A stretch of DNA of 46,451 nucleotides from Chiloscyllium plagiosum (Eukaryota). Below are positions 1-11,762 of the stretch, piece by piece. The notes under the pieces were generated by a model. The model made no database searches. It was not told where the DNA came from and worked only from the letters and a program-made list of their open reading frames with translations. Both the position numbers and the translations under genes were made by a program. The stretch is taken from NCBI RefSeq assembly GCF_004010195.1, contig NW_025215348.1:63860-110310 (forward strand), written 5' to 3'. Within the stretch, counting starts at the first letter, position 1. Every line of letters begins with the position of its first letter.

Positions 1-252
1 GACCTCTCCGCCCCCACCCCAGTCTGACCTATCACCCTCACCTTGACCTCTTTCCACCTATCGTATTTCCAATGTCCCTCCTCCCAACCTTTTATCTTAG
101 CCTGCTGGACACACTTTCCTCATTCCTGAAGAAGGGCTCATGCCCGAAACGTCGATTCTCCTGTTCCCTGGATGCTGCCTGACCTGCTGCGCTTTTCCAG
201 CAACACATTTTTCAGCTCTGATCTCCAGCATCTGCAGACCTCACTTTCTCCT
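1..252 (+). mobile_element. Penelope-like element 3' end (family A), cut by window start
   Basis: Near-identical to 31400-31663, which directly follows a GIY-YIG ORF; contains hammerhead-like core at 126-153. Confidence 0.85.
124..155 (+). ncRNA. Minimal type I hammerhead ribozyme-like motif
   Basis: CTGAAGA (126-132), extra A, stem II GGGC-TCAT-GCCC (134-145), GAAA (146-149), palindromic ACGT, putative GTC cleavage triplet (151-153); stem I is short. Confidence 0.7.
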
Positions 253-614
253 CGTCACCTTCTGGACGTTGACCGACACCGTCACAGGTGATCTCACTGT
301 CGCTATCAAAGACAGATCTGGGGACTCCGGGTAAACACTCCCGAAAGCGTTTTGTTTTCCGAACACACCCTGGCAGCTGGGGAGGGGGATGCTGACATCA
401 AACCGGGACAGTCTGCTGTCTGGCAATCTGTGGGTACGTCCTGATGTCTGGGTGTACCCATGTCAGCCCAGTGTGCAGGCTGGGATGCTACAGTACAATG
501 CTCCCATCAATCCTCCTTCCTGTGCTGACCCTAAGGAACTGTCTCATTATTTGCGGAAGAGGAACAGACTGCCAGTGAGTCTGAATAAGAAGGGGCATTT
601 TGTTTTGCAGTCTC

Positions 615-920
615 TAGATGTGGGTGTCGCTGACTAGACCATATTCCCTGCGCCTCCTTAATTGCCCAGGGGACGGTACACTGACATGGGACTGGAGTCA
701 CATATGTCAGCCAGACTGGGTTAGGACAGCAGATTCCCTTCCCTAAAGGACGTGACAATTACCCTTTGACAATAGACCGTGTATTCAAAGCCTTCTTTTG
801 CTTCCCATTCCAGATTTATACTAAATTCAAATTTCACCATCTGCCAGGAAGGGCTACAAGCCATGATTAAGAGCTTAGCTGGGATTTCTGGATTACTGGT
901 GAAGGAACATCATTACTACA
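615..920 (-). mobile_element. Degraded tRNA-type SINE sharing its 3' tail with the L2/CR1-group LINE
   Basis: Reverse complement resembles 4075-4640 (TTTAGGGAAGGGAATCTGC, GTGACTCCAG, CAGCGACACCCACATC tail). Confidence 0.65.
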
Positions 921-967
921 AAACCAATGTAGAAAGAGTTAAAAAGTCAATTGGTCAGGTAGCTACT

Positions 968-1068
968 GGAAGCTAATACTTCCAAATAAACCTGTTGGAC
1001 TCTAACCTGGTGTTGTGTGATTTTTAACTTTGTCCACCCCCAGTCCAACACCGGTCACTCCACATCAT
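968..1068 (+). mobile_element. Penelope-like 3' tail fragment (family C)
   Basis: CTTCCAAATAAACCTGTTGGACTCTAACCTGG matches the tail after the hammerhead motif at 28020-28080. Confidence 0.65.
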
Positions 1069-1182
1069 ACATAGCAAGAGGCAGTTTATTGCAAGTTAGC
1101 TCTAGGTATGAATTACACTGAGTAGTTGGGTAGAATTACTGGAGACCGTCAAGACGCAGAGATGATACATCTGTTTTGAGAC

Positions 1183-1520
1183 CATAAAACCATAAGAAAC
1201 TGGAACAGGAGTAGGTCATTCAGTCCCTCAAGCCTGCTCCACCATTCCTCATGTCCATTTCCTTGCGAGGTCCCCACGATCCCCCGACTGACCAAGAATC
1301 TATCTGTCCCAGCCTTAAATATACACAGGGAATCTGCCCCCACTGCTCTCAGTGGCAAATAATTTCAAAGATTTACAACTCGCTGAGAGAAGAAAATCTC
1401 CCTTGTCACAGCCTTAAATTGATGCCCCTTTATTCTGATGTTCTCTGGTCTAAGACTCTCCCTTGAGAGGAAGCACTCTCCCAGCATTTACCCTTTAAGA
1501 ATCCTTCAATGAGACCTCAT
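1183..1520 (-). mobile_element. Old CR1 LINE 3' fragment
   Basis: Reverse complement ends in a GAATGACCTACTCCTGTTCC..TTCTTATG CR1-type tail; similar to 9170-9365 and 20895-21050. Confidence 0.6.
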
Positions 1521-1544
1521 GCTGAACTGCCTGATTCTACACCC

Positions 1545-2105
1545 AACAGTTTGTGCAATACTGCGTGTAATTCTGGTCTCCTGCTATGAGAGTGATGTTG
1601 TGAAACTTGAAAGGGTTCAGAAATGATTTACAAGGATGTTGCCAGGGTTGGAGGATTTGAGCTATAGGGAGAGGCTGAACAGGCTGGGGCTGTTTTCCCT
1701 GGAGCGTCGGAGACTGAGGGGTGACCTTATAGAGGTTTACAAAATCATGAGGGGCATAGATAGGGTAAACAGACAAAGTCTTTTTCCCAGAGTAGGGGAG
1801 TCCAAAACTAGAGGGCATAGGTTTAAGGTCAGAGGGGAAAGATATAAAAGAGACCTGAGGGGCAACTTTATCACGCAGAGGGTGGTACGTGTATGGAATT
1901 AACGGCCAGAGAAAGTGGTGGAGGCTGTTACAATTACAACATTTAAAAGGCATCAGGATGGGAATATGGTTAGGAAGAGTTTAGAGGGATATGGGCCAAA
2001 TGCTGGCAGATTCTATGGTCCTATGATTTTAAATGGGACTAGATTAGATTAGGATAGCTGGTCGGTATGGATGAGTTGTTTGTTTCCATGCTGTATGTCT
2101 CTATC
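1545..2105 (+). mobile_element. CR1/HER1-type LINE 3' fragment (ORF2 C-terminus and 3' UTR)
   Basis: ORF 1636-1902 MLPGLEDLSYRERLNRLGLFSLERRRLRGDLIEVYKIM is the typical CR1 ORF2 C-terminus. Confidence 0.9.
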
Positions 2106-2114
2106 TCCAGACTG

Positions 2115-3500
2115 ATGACAGATAGAACCCTTAAAGAATACAAAGATAACAAGAAAGAACTCAAACAAGGAATTAGGAGGGCTAAAAGTGGCCATGAAAA
2201 GTCTTTGGCAAATGAGATTATGGAAAATCCCATGGTGTTTTAGATATAAATAAGGGGCAAGAGGGTAGTTAGGGAAAGGATAGGTCCAGTCAAAGACAAA
2301 GGAGGGAATTTGAGGTGGAGCCGGAGAAAGTGAGTGAGGTCCTTAGTGAATATAGTGGTATTCAGAAAGGAGAGGTACACGGTATCCCACAGCAATCAGT
2401 TGCTTGTAATATATAATATAAATGGGAGAGCGTTGTTGGCTGTTTAGTAAGTTTGTGGATGATACAAAGACAGGAGGAGCTGCAGATACTGTGAGGGATT
2501 GCCAGAGGATACAGCAGGATTCGGACAGGCTGGAGTCTTGGGTGGAGTTTAATCCGGACAAATGCAGGACACAAGTGAACAGTCAATGGCAGAACCCTTA
2601 GAAGCGTCAGCTTACAGAGGGGTGAAAGTATACAGGCCCACAGCTCACTGACAGTGGCAACTCAAGTGGATAAGGTGGTTAGGAAGGCGTACGGTGTCAG
2701 GACATAGCGTGTAAACATTGGCAAGTCATGTAGCCACTGTATATAATTTTAGTTTGGCCTCATTTGGAATATTGCGTTCAGTTCTGTTCACCAGAAGGAT
2801 ATGGAGGCTTTAGAGAGAGTACTGAAACAGTTTACCAGGATGATGCCTGGGAGGGTACCTGCTATGAAGAGAAATTGGACAAACTTAGTTTGTTTTGACT
2901 TAAGTGTCAGAGGTTGGGCTGTGGTGGGGTGATGCGATCTGATTGTGAGAGGCATGGATAGAATGGACAGAGTCTTTTTCCCAGTGTAGAGATGTCAATT
3001 ACTAGGGGACACAGGTTTAAGGTAAAAGGGGCAAAGTTTAAAGGAGGTGTGAGAGACATTTTATTTTTTAACACAGAGAGTGGTAACTGCCTGGAATGCA
3101 CTGGCAGAGGAAATGATGGAAGAAGATACGACAGCAATGTTTAACAGGCATCTTGACAAATACCTGAATAGTCAAGAGTGTGGTGCTGGGAAAGCACAGC
3201 AGGTCAGGCAGCATCCAAGGAGCAGGAGAATCAACGTTTCGGGCATAAACCCTTCGTCAGGAAGCCTCATTCCTGCTCCTCGGATGCTGCCTGACCTGCT
3301 GTGCTTTCCCAGCACCACTCTCTCAACTCTGATTTCCAGCATCTGCAGTCCTCACTTTCTCCTAGAAATACGACTAGTTGGGGAATAGAGGGAAACAGAC
3401 CACATGGAGGCAAAGGGCTTTTAGTTGAGAAAGGCATCATGGATCAGCACAGTCTTGGCGGGCCAAAGGGCCTATTCCTGTTCTGTTTTGCTTTTTGCGG
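2115..3500 (+). mobile_element. Older, internally deleted CR1 LINE ORF2 fragments, interrupted by a PLE palindrome at 3172-3362
   Basis: Degenerate ORF2 motifs (AGTTTGTGGATGATACAAAG, i.e. KF[A]DDTK-like, near 2450; EYCVQF near 2770) followed by a CR1 3' UTR. Confidence 0.75.
3172..3362. mobile_element. Palindromic Penelope-like 3'-end insertion (family A) with minus-strand hammerhead motif at 3233-3260
   Basis: Left arm GTGGTGCTGGGAAAGCACAGCAGGTCAGGCAGCATCC is the reverse complement of right arm GGATGCTGCCTGACCTGCTGTGCTTTCCCAGCACCAC. Confidence 0.8.
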
Positions 3501-3565
3501 TGCATAATGCAAATAAAGCAAGGTCTCTTTGAGAATCATTAACGTATGCAACGTTATTTACTCAT

Positions 3566-3723
3566 GCATCTGGATGGGTATATGAATGGGAAGGGTTTGG
3601 AGGGATATGGGCCGGGTGCTGGCAGGTGGGACTAGATTGGGTTGGGATATCTGGTCAGCATGGACGGGTTGGACCGAAGGGTCTGTTTCCATGCTGTGCA
3701 TCTCTATGACTCTATGACTCTAT
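3566..3723 (+). mobile_element. Short 5'-truncated CR1/HER1 3' end with (CTATGACT)n tail
   Basis: Matches 6330-6470 and 21430-21575; 8-bp tandem tail. Confidence 0.9.
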
Positions 3724-4074
3724 TTCATATTGTGAAAGGAATCTTCTGGAACTTATTGTAGATTCCATCTTTAATGGATTTTGTGGAATGCAGTGCACAG
3801 CATTAAGGCTTGGATATGTTCATTAACCTGTGCATTTTCAGGGCAAAACAACCATTTCATCTGTTTTACTGTAACGAGACAATAGACTTTGCACACACCA
3901 AGCAAACACATTTTGCTTCTTTTGGAATGGTTTATAAAAAGACCTGAGAACAATGAAGCATGCTTGCTTGTCACGGATTATTGATTGGATTCTGTCTTGC
4001 TGTTCACAATACACACAGGATTCAAATAAAGCTTTTCATTCAGGCTTGGCCCAGTTCGGTAACGTATGTGTGCC

Positions 4075-4640
4075 ACCCTTGGACGGAGATAAAGCACAGT
4101 TCAGAAACTTCCCAGCATAAGTGGCAGGAGGTGGAATTTGAATTCAATTAAAAATCTGGAGTTGAAAGCTAATCTCCCTGACGGTGACTGGGATAACTCC
4201 ACAGAGGCCTGTCACCAAGTCACCCTCTCCTTGTATGTGCTTGACACTGCTCCAGCTCCCTCAGAGCCAACTCTCAGAGTGAACAGAACCTCTAACACTT
4301 CTGTTTATATCTGTCAGCCAGGGCTCCCTGATTGGATCAGATTAACAGCCCCAATCAGAGAATTCATATTCTATGAGGTCCATCTGGCTGACCTCGTTCC
4401 AGTCACTATAATGATCATGATAACTGTCATTGATTGTTATAGTAACCTATCCGGATCACCGACTACCTTTAGGGAAGGAAATTGCCATCTTTACCTAGTC
4501 TGGCCGACATGTGACTCCAGACCCACAGCAATGTGGTTTACTCTTAATTGCCCCCTGAAAGAGCGACGCAAGCCAAGGGCAATTAGAGATGGGCAACAAA
4601 TGCCAGTCTTAGCAATCACCCCCACCTCCTACCTTTTAAA
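4075..4640 (+). mobile_element. tRNA-type SINE with L2/CR1-group tail, interrupted by a solo LTR
   Basis: GGAATTTGAATTCAAT...TTTAGGGAAGGAAAT...GTGACTCCAGACCCACAGCAATGTGG...AAGGGCAATTAGAGATGGGCAA; other pieces at 615-920, 5065-5165 and 39790-39885. Confidence 0.7.
4189..4410 (-). mobile_element. Solo LTR (~220 bp, probably Gypsy-type)
   Basis: Homologous to 11969-12546 and 43942-44154; minus strand runs T(G>A)TAGTGACTGG...GTTATCCCA with CCAAT and TATAAA boxes; degenerate 5-bp TSD GTGAC/ATGAT. Confidence 0.7.
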
Positions 4641-4860
4641 AAAACAGTCCATTTAAATCATTATAGTAACATTTTGATTGGCAGCTCTATTTGTGTCAAA
4701 CATTTTCATGTGAATGACCGTTCACACAACACACATAGGTTACCAAACTGGGCCAAGCCTGAATGAAAAGGTTTATTTGAATCCTGTGTGTATTGTGGTC
4801 ACCAAGACAGAATCCCATCAATAATCCGTGACAAGCAAGCATGCTTCATTGTTCTCAGGG

Positions 4861-5065
4861 TCTGTCACTCCTCAGCCATTGACCCAATTGACCAAGATCT
4901 CTTTGTAATCTGAGCTAACCTTCTTCCCCGTGCACTATGCCACCAATTTTAGTGTCACCCGTGGCCTTACTAACCATGCCTTCTGTATTCTCGTCTAAAT
5001 CATTGATATAAATGACAATCAAAAGTGGGCCCAGTATCGATCCGTATGGGACGCTGTTGGTAACA
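4861..5065 (-). mobile_element. CR1 reverse-transcriptase fragment
   Basis: Minus strand resembles the LGPLL-VIYINDLDENTEGMVSK..DTK region of CR1 RT. Confidence 0.7.
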
Positions 5066-5284
5066 GTCATTCACGTTGCTGTGGGTCTGGAGTCCCACAT
5101 AAGCCAGACCAAGTATGGACAGCAGATTTCCTTCCCTAAAGGCAACTAGTGAACCAGATGGGCTAATATGCGAAATATTGAGAATTACTTGACAACTATT
5201 ACTGAAAGAAACAAGTCTAGCCATCAAATATTCATTTAAAAGGATGGATTTAAAAAGAATCGACTTGAACCAAACAATAAAATA

Positions 5285-5505
5285 AATCAAAGGGCTGTGG
5301 ATGCTGGAAATCTGAAACAAACGCAGAAATTGCCAGAGTAACTCAATAGATCCGGCGGAGAGAAAGCAGAGTTAACGTTTCAAATCCAGTGGCACCTTTC
5401 AGTTCTGACGAAGAGTCACTGGATTTGAAGTCTTAACTCTGTTTCTCATTCCACAGGTGCTGCCAAACCTTGCTGAGTTTCTCCAGCAATTTCTGCAATT
5501 GTTCC
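5285..5505. mobile_element. Palindromic Penelope-like 3'-end insertion (family D), degraded hammerhead cores
   Basis: GCAGAAATTGCCAGAGTAACTCA..AGAGTTAACGTTTCAAATCCAGTG mirrored by CTGACGAAGAGTCACTGGATTTGAAGTCTTAACTCTG..TGAGTTTCTCCAGCAATTTCTGC. Confidence 0.7.
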
Positions 5506-5634
5506 ACCAGGACAAAAGCCTGCAATTCTGATTATCAAGTTCGTGTTGTAGCCACCAAACCACGGGCTTCATGAACTGTGCGGTGAAAAGCAATAAAGAA
5601 GATCAGTAAAGAAAAAACAATAAAGTGGTGGACT

Positions 5635-5779
5635 CTCCCTCTTTATGGGGATTTAAGCGGGCATTGGATAGGTATATGGAGGATAGTGGGCTAGTGTAGG
5701 TTAGGTGGGCTTGGATCGGCGCAACATCGAGGGCCAAAGGGCCTGTACTGCGCTGTATTCTTCTATGTTCTATGTTCTA
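5635..5779 (+). mobile_element. CR1 subfamily 3' end with (TTCTATG)n tail
   Basis: GGGCCAAAGGGCCTGTACTGCGCTGTA followed by 7-bp tandem repeats; a related copy is at 24010-24148. Confidence 0.8.
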
Positions 5780-5869
5780 AGATCAGAGATGCCTGATGGT
5801 GACTCAGCACAAAATAATAGATCCGCTCTATATTGAACATTGATGGAGGAGTAGTGTGTTTTGGCATTT

Positions 5870-6472
5870 AGGGGTTATAGATACTAGAAACTTAAAGATT
5901 GTGTGTTCAAAAATATAATTGAAAGACCGCTTTTGGAATATTGTACGCAATTCTGGTCTCCTTCCTATCGGAAAGATGTTGTGAAATGTGAAAGGTTTCA
6001 GAAAGGATTTACAAGGATGTTGCCAGGGTTGGAGGGTTTGAGCTACAGGGAGACGCTAAACAGGCTGGGGTTGTTTTCCCTGGAGCGTCGGAGGCTGAGG
6101 GTGACCTTGTTGAGGTTTATAAAATCATGAGGGGCATGGATAGGGTAAATACATAAGGTCTTTTCCCTGGAATTGGGGAATTCAGAACTAGAGGGCATAG
6201 GTTTAGGGTGAGAGGGGAAAGATTTGAAAGGGACCTAAGAGGCAACATTTTCACGCAGAGGGTGGTATGTGTTTGGAATGAGCTGCCAGAGGATGTGGTG
6301 GAGGCTGGTACAATTGCAACACTTAAAAGGCATTTGGATGGGTATATGAACAGGAAGGGTTTGGAGGGATAGATGCCAAGTGCTGGCAAATGGCACTAAA
6401 TTGGTTTCGGATATCTGGTCAGCATGGACGAGTTGGACCGAAGGGTCTGTTTCCGTGCTGTACATCTCTATA
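5870..6472 (+). mobile_element. CR1/HER1 LINE 3' fragment
   Basis: ORF 5903-6130 (EYCTQFWSPSYRKDVVK..RLGLFSLERRRLR) plus 3' UTR. Confidence 0.9.
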
Positions 6473-9367
6473 ACAAATATTGAAATTGAACAAGAAACAA
6501 AGAAATGAAAAACCCTTCCAGAAAAATCCAGTTGACTCTCTAGTGTCCTTTGTGCAAAGGCCTTGATTAAATTTGGCCTATTTATCTCTCCTGTTCCAGA
6601 CCACATGATTGACAATAGGATGGACAATAAATGTACCTTTACAGTATTGCCCACATCGCAGTCTCATGGAGAATTTAATTGTTCACTAGCAAAGTCAAGG
6701 TATTTAGACTGGGGCAGGGGATACACTGAGGTATAGTGATAAGGGAGCGAATTTGACCTGTCCTCCATCTTGTGAGGCATCTTGGGAAGTGCAAGGGTTG
6801 GTACATTTGCAGGAAGCCAGCTTTGGATTGTTCCCATGCTGCACCCACAGCTAGACGGGGAAGTGGGCAGGCTACCACCTGAAGCAGTGGGGCACCGAAC
6901 TGACCCTGTCCAAGGCCCTGTTAAGGGCAATGTTACTGCGCCATCCTAATTTGACCAATTCCCACTACATGCAGAGGTGGTGCCACCATGGCTGCCTGTA
7001 TGATAAGGTCCTGCTAGACCAAAAATTGGGCCATAGGCTGAGAAAGCAGCTCTGTGACCTCACCCACATCCTCGGAGGTTGGTCGCAACGAGGTTAACTT
7101 CAGAAGGACCATTTCCCTTCTGGATACCTTTCTCTCAAACCAATTAAAACTATATTTTAAAAGCATCCATTTCATCCAGGCCTTCTTGAGCTAACCGGAA
7201 AATGCAAGCCGGAAAAAGAATGTAACAGGCATAGATTGGGAGAGAGAATTGAGTCAAAAAGATAAACCTTAGAAGATATACAGATAGCCCTCTCTGTGTC
7301 GTTCTTCAAGAGGAAATAATGGAACATTGATAGTTGAATAGCTAATTTTCAGGCTTCTTGGCTTTGTACGATATCTGAAATTGCTCTGACCTGTTTTTTA
7401 TGACAATATTTGGTTCCCAGCACTCAGAGCAAGAGTGTCCTTCTGTTGTCTGCTTTCTGATTGACTAGTTAGCGAATGAGTGAGTGACCTTTCCCTTTTT
7501 TTCACTAGTGCTGCCGGGATATTTAATGGCTATTTGTGAGGGTGTCGCTTTCACACTCAGGCCGCTAAGACAGGGTTGAAGCTGACTTTTTAAACTCCTC
7601 CTCCCTGCATATTCTAGAAAGGACATGTCTCAAACATATCTCTCGTCCAGACTGCTGTACCCTTTTATCACAGCCATCGCAGCTTGCAATGCTCACAAGA
7701 GATTTCAGTTCAGTTTGTGGTGCGCTTTTCCCTTTTCATTGCGTCTCTTTGAAGTATCTTTGACACCTTGGCAGGTGTGACATTCCAGTCTCTCTCTCTC
7801 TCTTTCCAGTCATTGAATTTATATCCACAGTCCTTAGTTTGTCTCTAGTGTTCTTTGCAAAAAAAACATATTGGAATTTAAGAGATTGGCATTGTCTAAC
7901 AAGGTGGATTCAAGGATATGATGTTCTCATAACACACCACGTATGAATAAATCCTCTTACTCATGTTAGCACAGGACTAACAATTAACTTAGAATGGTGC
8001 ACCAGAAATGATATGGGATGTTCAACATTATTCCTTTGATACTCTGAAAAGTGGTAAATACCAGTGTCAAATTCAGTCAAAATAAATTAATTTGACTGCG
8101 TCACGATAAAACAAGTGACTGGCGACAATGAAAACAATGAAAATTTAATTATTCTACAGAGGATTAAAATATTTTATTTAGTCTGTGTCTTCAACAGTCT
8201 GATCTAACTCAGAAACATGTGAACGCACGAAACTTTCATTGACTCCCTCCTCAACTAGCATATCCACCTCTCCTGCCTTCTACTCTTTACTGGCTTCCCA
8301 ACCCCTTTCTCCTTTCCCTGCCTCTGACCTTGCAGAACATCTCTCGCTTTTCCTGGATCTGTAATGTTACTGAGCAGAAACGTTAACTCGGTGTACCTCT
8401 CCAACATTGCTGCCAGCTTTCAAGCATCTGCATAGAACATGAGAACGCAGGCAGTAGGAGCAGGAATAGACTATTCAGGGTTGTCTCTGCACTCAACAGG
8501 ATCTTGGCTGACTTGCCCTCCTTCCTCATGCCAACTCCTTCTAGCCATGAGCGTCCTGATATTTCAAAAACCTGTCCACCTCCAGTATACCTGCTGTGTT
8601 TTGCCTTTGGATAATGTCTGTGTTAAAATGTGCGTCATCCCCAGCTGAGCTTTGTCAGTTTCAGCATCACAAGCAACTGAACAAACATTTGATTTCTGCA
8701 AATGCAAAAGGCACTGAATTGAGCATCTTCAATCGACCCTCAGTGCATTGAACAACTGGATCAGCAAGGCTTTCGAGCCCAGAAGTACACTTTACTCTGA
8801 AGATTTTCAAAAGTGAATAACTAGTCATTCGGGATTTGGTATTACGCACAATGTAATATAGATTCAGCTGTCTCAAAATAGTCTGAGTTACCTTGCTGCA
8901 TCTTCGAAAGTACATTCACAGTTCATGGCAACCATTCTCTGCTGCATAATAGCCCAAAGGGATTATACATGGTTTCCAGCCCCATTGTATTCTACTTTGG
9001 GTTGGCTTTCAACAGTGTGGTGTTTCCCTCTGAGTCTTTGTAACTGACTTTCGATCTATACTGTGCCCCTCAGCACCTTGAAGTGTGACCGGCTCTGACA
9101 CTTGTTCATCGTCAGTACTTTGCCAGTGGGTTTCAGCTCGATCGAGGAGTGTCCTTCAGTGTTCGAAGAAAACAGAAGCTGATGCAGGCCATTCGGCCCA
9201 TCAGGTCTGCTCCACCATTCGATATAATTATAGCTGATCTTTCAACTCAGTACCTTTGAACCCTTTTACCATAAGAACTTTATCTAACTCTGTCTTGAAA
9301 ACATCAACCTTTTCCTATGGCGGGGAATTCAACTGGTTCATTATTCACTGGGTGAAGGCATTCGGAG

Positions 9368-9840
9368 TCATAGAGGCATGGAGATGTACAGCACGGAAAC
9401 AGACCTTTCAGTTCAATTCATCCATGCCGACCAAATATCCGAAACCAATCTAGTCCCAACATTTGGCCCACATCCCTCTAAACCCTTCCTATTCATACGC
9501 CCATCCAGATGCCTTTTAAATGCTGTCATTGTACCAGCCTCCACCACTTCCTCTGGCAGCTCATTCCATACACGNNNNNNNNNNNNNNNNNNNNNNNNNN
9601 NNNNNNNNNNNNNNNNNNNNNNNNNNNNNNNNNNNNNNNNNNNNNNNNNNNNNNNNNNNNNNNNNNNNNNNNNNNNTTTATAAGCCTCTATAAGGTCACC
9701 TCTCAGCTCCGGGGAAAACAGCCCCAGCCAGTTCAGACTGTCCTGACAGCACAAACCCTCCGACCCTGGCAACACCCATGTAACTTTTTTCTGGACCCTT
9801 TCAACTTTCACACATTGTTCCTAAAGGAAGGAGAACAGAA
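9368..9840 (-). mobile_element. CR1/HER1 LINE 3' fragment spanning an assembly gap, nested in an older CR1 (about 9170-9365 and 10170-10340)
   Basis: ORF 9413-9811: RGDLIEAYK...RVWNELPEEVVEAGTMTAFKRHLD. Confidence 0.85.
9575..9676. other. Assembly gap (102 N)
   Basis: Run of n; a second 2-nt gap is at 18248-18249. Confidence 1.
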
Positions 9841-9865
9841 TCTTTGTCCTTAAATGATTAGCATT

Positions 9866-10168
9866 TGATTAGATTACTTACAGTGTGGAAATAGGCCCTT
9901 CGGCCCAACAAGTCCACACCGACCCTCCGAAGACCAACCCACCCATTCCCCTATATTTACCCCTTCACCTAACACTATGGGCAATTTAGCAATGGCCAAT
10001 TCACCAATTTTTGGACTGTGGGAGGAAACCGGAGCACCCGGAGGAAACCCACGCAGACACGGGGAGAATGTGCAAACTCCACACAGACGGTTGCCTGAGG
10101 CAGGAATTGAACCCGGGTCTCTGGCGCTATGAGGTAGCAGTGCTAACCACTGAGCCACCGTGCCGCCC
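9866..10168 (-). mobile_element. HE1-type V-SINE, full length
   Basis: Minus strand: tRNA-like head with A box TGGCTCAGTGG and B box GGTTCAATTCC, V-domain GGAGTTTGCACATTCTCCCCGTGTCTGCGTGGG, CR1-like tail and (TAATC)n. Confidence 0.9.
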
Positions 10169-10379
10169 AAGGACTCTTTAGACGTCGAGAACATCCTTTC
10201 TCTGTTTACACTGTTAGAACTTTATCGGTTTCTATGAGTTGCCGCCTTATTCTTTGAAAAGCCCAGTGAATATAGTCCTAAATGATCCAATCACTTCATG
10301 TGTCAGTCCTGGCTTCCCAGGAATCACACCTTGTCCAGGCTGCAGTGTTTCCTCATCAACATCGGTATCAGACTGTCTT

Positions 10380-10525
10380 GGGAGTTAACGTCTTGGATCG
10401 AGTGACCCTTCCTCAGTCCTGACTCTGATTTCTCTCCACAGATGCTGTCAGACCTGCTGAGCTTTTCCAGCAGTTTCTGTTTTTGTTTCTGATTTCCAGC
10501 ACTTGCAGTTTTTCTGGGTTTTTGT
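10380..10525. mobile_element. Degraded Penelope-like 3'-end fragment with short inverted part (family D-like)
   Basis: GAGTTAACGTCTTGGATCGAGTGACCCTTCCTCAG (minus core) followed by ACTCTGATTTCTCTCCACAGATGCTG..CCTGCTGAGCTTTTCCAGCA. Confidence 0.6.
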
Positions 10526-11469
10526 TTCGTCCTAAATCTAACCTCTGGGCATTGCAGGGGCATCTGAATGCAATCCTTTGTGAATGTAAGGTGTTTCACA
10601 GATCACAGAACACAGAAACTAATGTGGTAACTGATTCCAACTACCTGCCCTCGCTAACATTCCCAGGCACATAATCTTCAAACGCCTCTCTTGCATCATT
10701 CATTTTCACATACACAATTATTGTTTTCCGACCAGTTAATTTCTGTTTAAGTCACTCATGCTTTGATGTTGTAAATATTCCAGACTCTCTTCAATTGAAC
10801 TCCACCCTTTGCAAAGCGTACATTTCAGGTTTAGTGGCCTTTTAGTTAGTACTTATTCTATTTTGCAGTGCTGTGGTTTACGTGAAGTTCCCATACAATT
10901 AACTCGAATGAAAATAAGCATTCATTATAGGCTGTGTTCAATATTTACAGCCAAAATCTACAAAACAGGGCTTGAGAGTGCTTCCCCTTCACAGGATTAG
11001 GGTCTCCCCCCCACCCCTGCTTTCCAGCTGGCCACCTGGCATTGAAAAACTGGATCTGTCTGCTTGTATCTTTTCCGGACAACCTTTTAAGTTGGGGATT
11101 TCTCTGCTGTGCATAGCACTTTCCCTTCAAAAGGTGCTGACTTCATTTCAGTGAGATGGAGGTGGCCCGATTCCCATGAAAAGCCATTCTTGAAACATAG
11201 GGGCACAGGAACAGACCAATCGACCCATCAAACCTTCCAGTCAATGGGACTGCTCATTCTCCAGCTCAATGCCACTTTCCGGCAGTTTCTCCAAATCCCG
11301 TGATGTCATTGCTCTCCAGAAAGCTGGATGTGATCCTACTCAACTCTCACAACTCACTGCGGCTGCACAGAAAGATTTGATGACGTGCCTCCAGCATTTC
11401 AATGAGGTGACATCACAAGTAGTTGGTAGACTCTGTATGTGGGAGGTTCATATCCCTGGGCCACGCTCT

Positions 11470-11762
11470 ATGCTGCTTTCTCCCCACCCCCATTCTCCTC
11501 TCATTTATCCCTCCACCCTGCAGGCACTTTGCCTCGATTCCTGATGAAAGGCTTTTGCCCGAAACGTCGCTTTTCCTGCTCCTCGGATGCTGCTGTGCTT
11601 TTCCAGCACCACTCTAATCGAGAACCCACTTTCTCCATGAGGCGACTGACTGTGGGGAAGCCCTTCCTGACAAAGGGCGTACGCCTGAAAAAGTTGACTC
11701 TCCTGCTCCTTGGACGCTGCTTGATCTGTCGTGCTTTTCCAGCGCCACACTTTGTGACTCTG
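11470..11762 (+). mobile_element. Two tandem Penelope-like 3' ends with hammerhead motifs (11541-11568 near intact, 11667-11695 degenerate)
   Basis: CTGATGA-A-AGGCTTTTGCCC-GAAACGTC, then a second CTGACAA-A-GGGCGTACGCCT-GAAA unit with the same downstream sequence. Confidence 0.7.

Larger units (their letters stand above)
3940..4863. repeat. ~133-bp inverted repeat (arms 3940-4072 and 4730-4863)
   Basis: Manual alignment gives about 7 substitutions and 1 indel between the left arm and the reverse complement of the right arm. Confidence 0.9.

Noticed and set aside
1537..1953. Recurrent ORFs such as MPFKCCNCTSLHHFLWQLIP and VPASTTSSGSSFHT as a gene family
   Set aside because: They are antisense frames of CR1 ORF2 3' ends.
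6664..7120. GC-richer segment as possible DNA-transposon terminal sequence (similar impression at 10940-11060)
   Set aside because: No TIR or TSD could be demonstrated.
9575..9676. Apparent length difference in the CR1 copy across the N run
   Set aside because: Assembly gap; sibling copies have about 144 bp here, so the gap size is not informative.
9874..10194. tRNA-like heads or LCGVCTFSPC ORFs as tRNA or protein genes
   Set aside because: They are SINE heads followed by a V-domain and LINE-like tail, with no complete cloverleaf evident.
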